Part shown: positions 54,842 through 64,000 of the stretch, piece by piece
How the letters are laid out: every line of letters starts with the position of its first letter
Position numbering within the stretch: position 1 is the stretch's first letter
Assembly (NCBI GenBank): GCA_963729045.1
Contig: CAVSMN010000016.1
Coordinates: 60,686 to 124,685 of the forward strand
Source: an uncultured Nitrososphaeraceae archaeon
GTDB taxonomy: Archaea > Thermoproteota > Nitrososphaeria > Nitrososphaerales > Nitrososphaeraceae
Reading direction: 5' to 3'
DNA: 64,000 bases
Position numbers and translations under genes: made by a program
The notes under the pieces: model-generated
Told to the model about the DNA's origin: nothing
The model's database searches: none
The model's input: only the letters and a program-made list of their open reading frames with translations

Positions 54842-55582
54842 CTATCTTTCTTGTTGCACGGGTCTTATCATAATTTCATTTACATTCATATGATTTGGAG
54901 AATCTATTGCAAATAGAATTGCATTTGCTATATCTTGAGCTTGCAGCGGCTCCATTTTTTTAACCGATTCCAGAAACCCTTGTAGTGAACTATCGGTAAT
55001 GGTATTGTTAAGTTCCGTAGCAACTACGCCTGGTTCAATGCAAGTGACACGAATGTTGGATCGTTGGCTTAATTCTTGTCTCAATCCTTCACTAAATGCG
55101 GTAACTGCATGCTTTGTCGCACAGTAAACACTCCCAGCTGGAAAAACTAACCTACCTGCTATTGAAGATATATTCACTATGTGACCAGATTTATTTGCTA
55201 GCATGTGAGGAATAACAGATGCTGTACTATATAGAACACCCTTAATGTTTACATCAACCATTCGATCCCACTCGTCTATTTTTAGATTCTTTACAAAACT
55301 CAATGGCATAAGACCTGCGTTATTGATTAAAACGTCAATCCTACCATATTTATCGATGGCCGAATTTGCAAGGTTGGTACATTCTTCTCTCTTTGTTACA
55401 TCTAATTGGTTTATGAGGATCTCCCCATTTTGATCTTTAACTGCCTGCTTCAAACTCTCTAATTTATCAGCCCTTCGTGCCCCTGCAACAATGGTTGCTC
55501 CTTCTCTAGACAACGTTAAGGCAGTTGTATATCCTATTCCGCTACTTGCCCCTGTGATTATTATGACTTTATCCTTAATCAT
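54842..55582 (-). CDS. NADP-dependent short-chain dehydrogenase/reductase
   Basis: TGASSGIG, NNAG and YCATK motifs. Confidence 0.93.
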   Translation of the reverse strand: MIKDKVIIITGASSGIGYTTALTLSREGATIVAGARRADKLESLKQAVKDQNGEILINQLDVTKREECTNLANSAIDKYGRIDVLINNAGLMPLSFVKNLKIDEWDRMVDVNIKGVLYSTASVIPHMLANKSGHIVNISSIAGRLVFPAGSVYCATKHAVTAFSEGLRQELSQRSNIRVTCIEPGVVATELNNTITDSSLQGFLESVKKMEPLQAQDIANAILFAIDSPNHMNVNEIMIRPVQQER

Positions 55583-56039
55583 TTGCTATATCTTTATTCT
55601 CCGCTTAAATTTATTCATATTCAAGCGTGTTTTTCTTTAATCCATTCAATCTTTTTATTGATGTATTACTGGTTAATGATTGAATCTAGAAATTGAAGAT
55701 TTTTTTTCAGGTAAATGTAATAGACTTGACCATATTTACCACACTATTCTACTTGATCTGTATTGGTTTCTTTCAACTCGGAAGCATAATCATTTCATAT
55801 TTGGGATTTGTATAATTGAATTGTCATTATAGGATCCTTTGATTAGATTGTCAAATAGCGCCATAGTTCGATGATCCATTCGGAATAAATCTAATTATTC
55901 AGGTTTTAGGTTATCATTAACTTTTAATAGCCTAAAATCTTTTCAAGATAATAATATTCAACAGTCATTATAGCATAAAAATATCAAATATTCGTTAAGC
56001 CATAAACATAAGAAAAAAAAAGGAGTTTAATATATTGTA

Positions 56040-56617
56040 TTATTTAGGACCATGATATTCTTCTGGGAATGCATCTGTATCAATTGTTTCGATAGGCTCA
56101 CCCGTAGGTAACGGTGCTTCCTTAGGTACTTCATATTTGAATAGCCCAGGAAAGTCAATTTTGAGTATGACATTCATCCCTACCTGATAAATCTCAGATT
56201 TAGGAATATCAAATCTTTTATTATTTTCTCCAAAAACCACTATTTTATCATTAGTCTCCTTCATTACATGACCAACATGGTCTTCATTCTTAGCTCGAAC
56301 TCCCTTGTTAAATAAAGTGTTTGGATATTTACCCTCATACGATGCTAAATCCACCATCTTATCTGCTTCTCCCCAAGGATCCTCTCTACCTGCTGGAAGG
56401 GGGCATCTCTTGGTACTGCATATTTAAGCAAGTCTGCAAAATTTAATCCAATCAATACATTGGCGCCTACTTGTTCAATATCCTTTATTGGAATATCATA
56501 CCTTTCATTTTTTTCTCCAAATACTATTATTTTATCAGGCGTTTCTCTGACTACATATCCTACATTTGGTTCATCTAATGCTTTAACACCTTTATTGAAG
56601 TATTTACCAGAAGTCAT
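56040..56617 (-). CDS. Hypothetical protein with two tandem PRC-barrel-like repeats; -1 indel near 56400
   Basis: FNKGVxA...VGxVxxETxDKIxVFGExNxRxDIP...QVGxNV occurs twice. Adding one C to the C5 run joins ORFs 56345-56710 and 56040-56357. Confidence 0.78.
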
Positions 56618-57221
56618 CAAAGATATAGATAAAAATAGTATAATTAAACCTTTTATGACACACCCGAGAACAATCCAGTAATTCTTGCCGTAAAACAATT
56701 TGGTATCCATTAGAGGTTAAATCTCTAGTAGTATTTTAGATTCGAAAATAGGTTCATAGAACAAGTATTCGAAACCGGGATTAAACCAAATTGAATCAAT
56801 ACAATCATAACTGGTCCAGGACGATTGAATCTAACTGATTACTGATATTATCGACAAGATAAACAACAGAAAATTAGCAGAATGTTATTTAACAATATGA
56901 CGTCGTATTTTGACAATTTCGCACTTATTCAACATTATTACGTAAGATGGAGATAGGATAGGATCGGATAAAGAACATATGAAAAGACATGACCAATCTT
57001 TACCACTCCTCCATCATCCCAAGTAATAGTCTATCCATCTGATTAATATTCGGAAACGAAAGTGAAATATTAGGTAAATCGGTGAGGGAACGGGTATTCG
57101 TAACAGTCCCAGAAGATATAGGTTAAGGATCACGCACTTGTTGAAATTAATAGTTTGAAGACTTTAAACAGTACAAGCATATTAACTAGGGGAATAAGTA
57201 TTCTATTTGGTGTTTAACTAG

Positions 57222-57434
57222 ATGGTAGTAGAAGATAGTATAAAATCATACCCTGAAGAATTGTATATCAATGATCTATACAAAATACATAGGAGAGACA
57301 TCTACAAGGAACAATATCTAGTAGGCACAAAGGTCAAAAAGGATAGAAAGATAATTAATGTTCAAGAGATGACACTAGATAAAACATTACTTAGAGAATT
57401 AAGGGACAGATTAAACAAAATGTCCTTAGATTAA
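57222..57434 (+). CDS. Small hypothetical protein
   Basis: 70-aa ATG ORF with A-rich coding-like bias. Confidence 0.55.
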   Translation: MVVEDSIKSYPEELYINDLYKIHRRDIYKEQYLVGTKVKKDRKIINVQEMTLDKTLLRELRDRLNKMSLD

Positions 57435-57916
57435 CGCTATCTTAAAGACTTAAGAATTCAAATACTTTTGCACTCTATCGCCAGTAATAATTTTCCAATT
57501 AATAGAAATCTGATACCCAAATAAAGTGTGGATGTGATGTTCATGCGGACTTGCAACGAATTGAAGTGGAATCGGGTCCAGAGGGAGGAGTGTTTATATC
57601 GGGAATGAAAAAGGATTCATCTAATGATCAATTGGGGGAGTTGATAAAAGGTGTCACATCATCAAATATGTGCTTATTACAACAGCAAATCCTTCTGATA
57701 TTAAGTACTGATCATTCATTTTTATGTAAGGGACAATAGTCTGGTCACTGTTCGTTCTATTGCCAATTAATATTTATTTATGATGTGTTTTAGAAGATTT
57801 TAACATAGGATAATATTATAGATGATTATCTCGCAATTATTTCTTATAACTAAATATCCTAATTGTGTTCGTTAATTATTATATTGCATATTTTGACTTA
57901 ATAAATCACGTTTAAA

Positions 57917-58447
57917 ATGTCTAAGTAAAAAAACACAAACAAAACTACAATACTATTAGTAGTGGCTATACTAGCAGCTATCATGACATTTGGTCCTTCA
58001 GTATCAAATTTTCAAGTTGCATTAGCACACTATGGGGTAGACAAAGATGATTGTAAAGATGAAAAAGACTATTATGAAGATCACGAAGAAGCATGCGACA
58101 AAAACTTGAAGGAACATTATGGTAAGGACTATGACGGTAACTTTGCTTCACAGGCTATCGGTCAAGAACAAGATTCTGAACAAAACAGCCAAGTAGTATC
58201 AGGCGATGACAAAGAAGACTCTGGGAATAACTTTAGCTTCCAAAATCAAGAAAACAGAGGCAATAACGCTTTAGCTCAAAGTGGTGGTGATGGAGATGGC
58301 AACAGCGCAAGACAAGGCATTGGTCAATCTCAAAGCAGTGAACAAAACAGCCAAGTAGTATCAGGCGATGACAAAGAAGACTCTGGGAATAACTTTAGCT
58401 TCCAAAATCAAGAAAACAAAGGCAATAACGCAGCAGCACAACAATAA
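57917..58447 (+). CDS. Secreted Q/N/S/G-rich repeat protein (curlin-like); in-frame TAA at codon 4, fallback start GTG 57962
   Basis: Signal peptide (KTTILLVVAILAAIMTFG...ALA), an acidic two-Cys segment, then two 54-aa-period repeats, followed by a T-run. Confidence 0.8.
58177..58431 (+). repeat. Internal 93-bp direct repeat (period 162 bp)
   Basis: 58177-58269 versus 58339-58431 match at 92 of 93 positions. Confidence 0.92.
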
Positions 58448-58449
58448 CC

Positions 58450-58461
58450 TTTTCTTTTTTT
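58450..58461 (+). terminator. Oligo-T terminator
   Basis: TTTTTCTTTTTT directly after the stop at 58447. Confidence 0.55.
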
Positions 58462-59431
58462 AGTTCTATTATTACAATTGTTATTGATTGCTAGATGATG
58501 AAGATTAAAGAATCTATATTTAAAAGAAGTCGTCAAGAATAGTACTATTACATACTAAAAACATATATCATTAACGAATAACAAACTAGAAGTTCTCTAA
58601 AAGGCAAACTTTGGATCTCATATGCTTTTAGACGAGTCTATAAAATATTTAAGGCATCACCTATGCATTTACTCAGAGTTGAATTCAGAAAGTTCAAGTG
58701 GTAAATCCCCAAATTATGAATGAACCATGGCTTGGTAGCCCTCACGAAGTCTGTAATGACCTTCACAAACAGAAGTCAGTGAATGTTAATAAAATAGGTG
58801 TCACCAATTATGCTCAAATATTGAGCAAAATAATTCAACAATATAAATTTGAAATACGGTGTGTTATTTCTAGGTGATATCTGGTTTGAGCGCTATAGGT
58901 AGTTGTAGATTTGATTAATTTTGGGGGCGGGCTCATTGGACATATACGAGCTCAATTCGGGTCCAATTTAATGTTTCAATATTAAATCGGTGTCCAGAGG
59001 GACGTAATTAAATGCGAATCAAATCCAACCTTTTCATCATACTAAAAATATCTAATTAGAAAATATGAGAATTGAATATTAATTGTGGTATGTGAGGCAT
59101 ATATTTAGGTCTGTACATTTATTCGATAGCAACATGGCGACAAACCAAGCCCTAAACTAGATGAAGTTTGGGATTTAGAATCTACGCCTTTCGGACGGGG
59201 TTCCAACCAATTAAAGCATTCATGGTAATCTTGTAAATGCTTGTTTTATACTAGGTTCGGGCCCGTGGGGATACGGTTCAAGATTGAATAGAATCCAAAG
59301 TTAATTTTGACACTAACCAATAGAGTAGGATCCAAATCCCGCACTTCGCACTTTTTTTGAGATTGTTTCGATCCCACATGCCTACGTTGCATATAAAATT
59401 AATATTGAATTCTTCTTTCCTGCTTGGTCAC

Positions 59432-60473
59432 CTATTGTTTTATAGTAGATAGGAATGTTTGCAAAATCATACCAACTTCATCTGGATATTGATTCATAAT
59501 AGCATGACCAGCGTCTTTTATCTGTACAAGCCAGGCTCCTGGAACTTTACTTGCAATGACCAAAGAATTTTCATGAGGCACTAATTCAATATCGTCTGTA
59601 CCTGCTATGACCAACATGGGTTTGTCTATCTTTGCAAGGTCGTCACAGGCACCATTCCAGTCGGAAGACATCCAAGCCTTTACACCTTTATATTGATTGT
59701 TCATTGCTTCAGATGAAAGACCAGGTTTCATTTGTTGGAATGTCATGCTTTCTGGAAGATCAAGAGATTCAGGATGCAGTTTTATCCATCCTGATCCCTC
59801 GGAGGCAGTTACAAGAGACTTCATTTCATCCTGAGAAAGAGGTATATTATTTAGAGATTTATTTAAAATATCTTCTTGCAATTGGATAAACTCATTTGAT
59901 GGAGGTACATGATCTTTTCCACCACAGGATCCAGCAATTAGCGTAATACTGCTAACCTTATCAGGATGTGTGATTGCAAATTGTTGAGTTATGTATGAAC
60001 CCATAGAATATCCAAGAACGTTTGCTTCCTGTATTTTCAAAGCATCCATTAAACCAGCAGTATCATTACCAAGTAACTGTATTGAATATGGTTCGATACC
60101 AGATGCAGTATTTCCAATTCCACGACTATCAAATATAATTACTGTGTGATTTGACGCTAGTCTACTTAAGAAAGGCTGGGTCCCATGCATCCATGCCATC
60201 ATTAGCACCATTATGAAGTATAATGGGGTCACCCTTACCAAACATCTTGTATGCCATTTCAATATCTCCAACACGGACTTTTTGTAATGGAATATCTTGT
60301 ATGTTTACCAGGTTTGTAGTAACATTGCTTGTTGGATTGGCCTGGGTAGCATTTGTTTGACCATATGTAACATTAGTAAAGCCGTTGACCACAGTCATAC
60401 TCGAGAAAATTAGAGTCGATATAACTGCTACAATGAAAAGATAATCTTTTCTTATCTTACTATCAATATACAT
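59432..60473 (-). CDS. Secreted or membrane-anchored alpha/beta hydrolase; +1 indel near 60166
   Basis: N-terminal hydrophobic helix, HNG oxyanion region, FDSRGIG, GYSMG nucleophile elbow, GTDD and AGH. Confidence 0.88.
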
Positions 60474-61009
60474 AACCAATTTCACTTGAGGAAGTATATA
60501 AAGAGGGTGTAATCTTGTGTGAAAATTAACTTGGTCTATCAATCCGTAACCTTGGTTGATAAATTTGAGATAGAGGGATCGGGTTCAAATAGAGCGATTC
60601 ATACCTGATCCCCGCGCAAGATTAATTCATTCGAATTCGTTTTGCAGTTACTCTTTGATATTATTAATTTATTGTTTTAATACTCCTCCTCTATTGAACG
60701 GAGTGTTTGGAGGAAGGGTTAATTTGATGCTAATCCTAATATCTTTTCCATATAAAGTATCATTTAGTTTGAGCGCTTGGACATCCGCGCCGATACTGGT
60801 TCTTAAAACAGGTTTCGCTATTCTAGATTCAAACATAGAGATAACCTTTTTAAAAAGGTGGGCCCAAAGGGTAAGATTCCCTTAGACAAAGGGACTCAGT
60901 ACATTTAGGAAAGATATGCTAATCAAAATAGGTTTCAGTTTATAGAACCATTTTGAATTTGGTTTATACCTGCCACATTATTAATGGCTACTGTAGGCAA
61001 TAGAGAAGA

Positions 61010-62291
61010 CTATTTCTGTCTCGATGGAGAGGAAAGCCATTCATACATATCCTGTAATACATATTCTTCTATTTGACCACCTGAAGATACCCATTGATTG
61101 CTAGGGACAAAATTATGTCCAAGATCTGGATAGACAATAATTTGATGGTCAGGATGATTTGCTTCTGTTAATCTTTGTTGTAATAACAATGCTTGTTGAA
61201 GAGGGGTTTGGCTATCATTTTGTCCTTCTAGTATAAGGACACCAATATTTGAAGATACGTTCCCTATCATGCCGATGACGCTAGGGAGAGCAGAAAAAGA
61301 TTTTCCAAGACTAGGGCAACCGTAGAGGGATATGCATTTCTCCGACAGACTGTGAGACGTTTATAGATGTGTCATTTTCAAATCCTCTTACAAGTGCAGG
61401 CTTAAGCACACCTTCAATACTAATCAAGTCATCATTCGTGTTGTTTTTTTGTTCAGGCAATATACCGGTGCGATTATTATCAGTAACGTTAGTCGGGTTA
61501 AGAAGAAGTTGAGTTAGGTTCCCACCAACCAACTTCTGAAAGATAGGATCTTTTGATGCTTCCGCCACTGATAACTGTCCAGGATGATCTTTACCCAATA
61601 CGTTTTCAGCATAAAGAATAGGTTTTGCGACTTCCTGGAAATATATAATATCAGTCCATTTTTCAGCTACTGGAGCCATTAGGACTATATTTCTGACTTT
61701 ATCAGGGTTATCGGCGGCAATTCTTGGAGGGAAGTTAGTACCTTCACTGTGTCCAATCAAAGTAGCCTTTTTAGTTGCATTTACTTCAGGTTGTTGTAAT
61801 AGTACTGATAATGCCTTCTCAGCATCATGCTTCAGATTGTCAAATGTAAGATTGCCCCATGCGTTACTATCTGATATCGTGAGGTTCGGCCCCACACCCC
61901 TCTTGTCATATTTAAGAACGGCAAATCCTCTCTCTGAGAGAAACTCAGCTAGATGTCCATAGTATATTACCTTGCTAATTGACGGTGTAATCACTGAACC
62001 AGCACCAGCGCCTGGAAAGATAATTACACCAGGGAATGGTCCTTTTCCAATAGCAGGAAAAGTTAATTGAGCGTTAGTCTTTAATCCATTATCAAGATCA
62101 ATAGTTAGATTTCTATTCTTTACAGTCTCTACATAGGGTTGAGCGTACGCTTCAGCAATTGCTGTGTTATGATGTAAAGTGGATTCACTGAGAATTGAAA
62201 CTGACATAGCAATCAAAAATACTGCAGTGATTGTTATTGATACATATAAGAAGTCACGATTCTTCCAGCTGTAACCGGGATTGACATCCAT
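61010..62291 (-). CDS. Secreted or membrane-anchored alpha/beta hydrolase (S9-like); +1 indel near 61342
   Basis: YDKRG, GHSEG, GQNDSQ and YPDLGH. The two ORFs join through KCISLYGCPSLGKS. Confidence 0.87.
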
Positions 62292-62433
62292 ATTTTCTTG
62301 AATAACTCGAGCTCCGTAATATAGTTATTGGAGCGATTTTTCTTTCCAAGTCGGTAAGTGATTCTATTGGACTTTCACATACTTGACCGTTGGAATTACT
62401 TTTGGAGATTCAACTAACAAATAAAATTTTATT

Positions 62434-62442
62434 GTTTTGATA
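62434..62442 (+). repeat. Target-site duplication, left copy (GTTTTGATA)
   Basis: Identical to 63440-63448. Confidence 0.85.
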
Positions 62443-63439
62443 TGCTCTGTTGCACGATTCTTTTGAGTTACAAACAATCGGTACTCTTCTTTCTAAAGAT
62501 ACAAGAACTTGTTATATAATGATGCTTTGAGAAATAGTTCCTGTTTCATGTTTTCCTTCTTGAGAATAAACACACTCCCCAAACATTCGCTTCAAAGATG
62601 AGAACACGGTTTCAACCATCCATCTTTGTCCATAGCTTACGCTATCCTTCCATTGTTTAAAATCATGTCTCTGTGTTATCACCGACAGGTTTCTGAAAAT
62701 ATGAGCACTCTTTCTCACCCTAGAATTCTTTCTTACTTTGATACAAGATATTATCCCATTTTCTGATAAATACCTAAAAGTATCATTGCTATCATAGGCT
62801 CCATCAGCCAGAAACTTATCTATTATGTATTCATTTGATTTAACAAGCGCATCAACCAATGTAGGTAACATCCTCTTATCATGCACGTGCTCATCTGTTA
62901 TCTCCATAGATAGTATTTTCTTGCTCTTTATGTCTACAGCAACATGGATTTTCAAGTAGCCTTTCTTTATTCTAGTGTTCCATTTTTTATTCATCCATTG
63001 ACCTCTATTCGTCACTTTGATACCTGTACTATCTATAGCAATTATGATGTATCTATCTTCTAACTCCTTAGCATTTTTGTTGTCATCTATTTTTATATCC
63101 AATCTGTTTATCCTTCTGTTTATTGTACTAAAATCAGGAATGGATGGAATCTTGTTTTTTGCATGACCCTGGACTATACCTTCTGTTTGTCTATACGGTA
63201 AATGAAAGTATACTTTAGCATATCCTAACATCAAAACAAAGGTATTAGGATAGTGAAATGGTTCTCCTAGTTTACCCTTGTTCATATCTGCTAATTTATA
63301 TCCCAGTTGTCTATAACGTCAAAACCAAGTAGTATTTTACCTCTTCTTACAAGAGACTGTTGTACTCTGACCATTTCACATGGATTATAGAAAGAGGTTA
63401 GTAAAATTTTGGGAAATAAGGTAATCATGCAACAAGGTA
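62443..63439 (-). mobile_element. IS5-family insertion sequence (about 997 bp)
   Basis: Imperfect terminal inverted repeats TGCTCTGTTGCACGATT and TACCTTGTTGCATGATT (reverse complement of the right end), a 9-bp flanking duplication and a DDE transposase. Confidence 0.92.
62493..63379 (-). pseudogene. IS5-family DDE transposase, frameshifted at both ends
   Basis: WSEYN.SLVRRG N-terminus, IDSTG, KIHVAVD, ADGAYD, YGQRWMVETVFS and an out-of-frame NMKQELFLKASLYN tail; at least three indels. Confidence 0.85.
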
Positions 63440-63448
63440 GTTTTGATA
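63440..63448 (+). repeat. Target-site duplication, right copy (GTTTTGATA)
   Basis: Identical to 62434-62442. Confidence 0.85.
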
Positions 63449-64000
63449 TATAACAATATAGGCAGAACCCACGTTTGAAGCGCGGGGAGTGGGACTCAAA
63501 GCCCTGTCATAAAAATAGGGAATCTAATTATTAATTGAAATCTTAAAGTGGGGAGGAGATGGGATTTGTTTACATGTTAGGTAGTCATACTTTGTCTATT
63601 TTATATTGTTATTATCTAGAAAGGCTTATACGTTCAGAGGGCAACCATACCTGATTCTCTCTTTTGTCATTGGAATTGGACTCTAATCATCAATTGTTTT
63701 AGCAAATTTAATTTCCTTCTTTTGAGATTCAGTTAACGTTTATGGCTAGGATAGTAAAACTTCGGAGACTGGCAAACTCTTCTTGAGAAAATGATTTATT
63801 CTGATCAGTTTAAGCGTCAAATAGATTCTAAAGGATTTTTTCTAACTGAAGACAAAAGAAACTTCAAAGAATATTGTAAAGAAATTATGGACAGGTCATT
63901 TGGTACGTAATACGGCCAATTATTTATCAAAGGATTCTTGGCATCATCAGGCGAATTTTTTACTCGTTAATGGATATACTTATTGAAATATTTGAACCCA

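Noticed and set aside
57024..57071. Hammerhead-ribozyme-like string CTGATTA...TTCG-GAAA-CGAA...GAAA
   Set aside because: The essential G8 is absent (CUGAUUA) and no compatible stem I or NUH cleavage site can be built.
57551..57739. 62-aa TTG-started ORF
   Set aside because: Short, with no motif or convincing promoter.
37101..58431. CRISPR array or diversity-generating retroelement as the source of the direct repeats
   Set aside because: The repeats are intragenic coding duplications with no spacers, no adenine-specific mismatch pattern, and no cas or reverse transcriptase gene.
675..60885. Numerous short antisense ORFs in the six-frame track (for example 906-1352, 13501-13851, 42630-43019, 50539-50838, 60655-60885)
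   Set aside because: Most are shadows of well-supported genes on the opposite strand; the remainder lack any coding signal.

Overview
AT-rich archaeal DNA from an ammonia-oxidising archaeon (Nitrososphaerota/Thaumarchaeota, most consistent with a Nitrosocosmicus-like genome; inferred from the eukaryote-like topoisomerase IB, aIF5A, Rps8e, the archaeal ADH/DHQ-II shikimate route, cofG/cofH, bluB and a methylmalonyl-CoA mutase small subunit). Positions 1 to about 50.6 kb are mostly core genome: purM, gltA, nadE, a near-complete aromatic amino-acid supercluster interrupted by an orphan DNA methyltransferase and tatC, then ilvC, cofGH, egtD, nadM, metG/cysS, thiDN, bioD, bluB, tRNA-Met, pyrDK, topoisomerase IB and scpAB-rps8e-purQLF. 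A small accessory patch at 36.9-39.5 kb carries triplicated DUF6328-like membrane domains. From 50.9 kb onward the window is accessory: secreted proteins, a Q/N-rich curlin-like repeat protein, two alpha/beta hydrolases, GC-rich hairpin remnants and an IS5-family element with terminal inverted repeats and a 9-bp target-site duplication. About a dozen genes, including essential metG and cysS, are split by single-base indels that are almost certainly sequencing or assembly errors. The best candidates for something undescribed are the secreted curlin-like repeat protein (about 57.9-58.4 kb), a catalytically dead NUDIX protein directly behind topoisomerase IB, and the mosaic-identical DUF6328-like repeats. 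No CRISPR array, prophage or defence island is evident. All annotations come from motif recognition by eye, not database searches.
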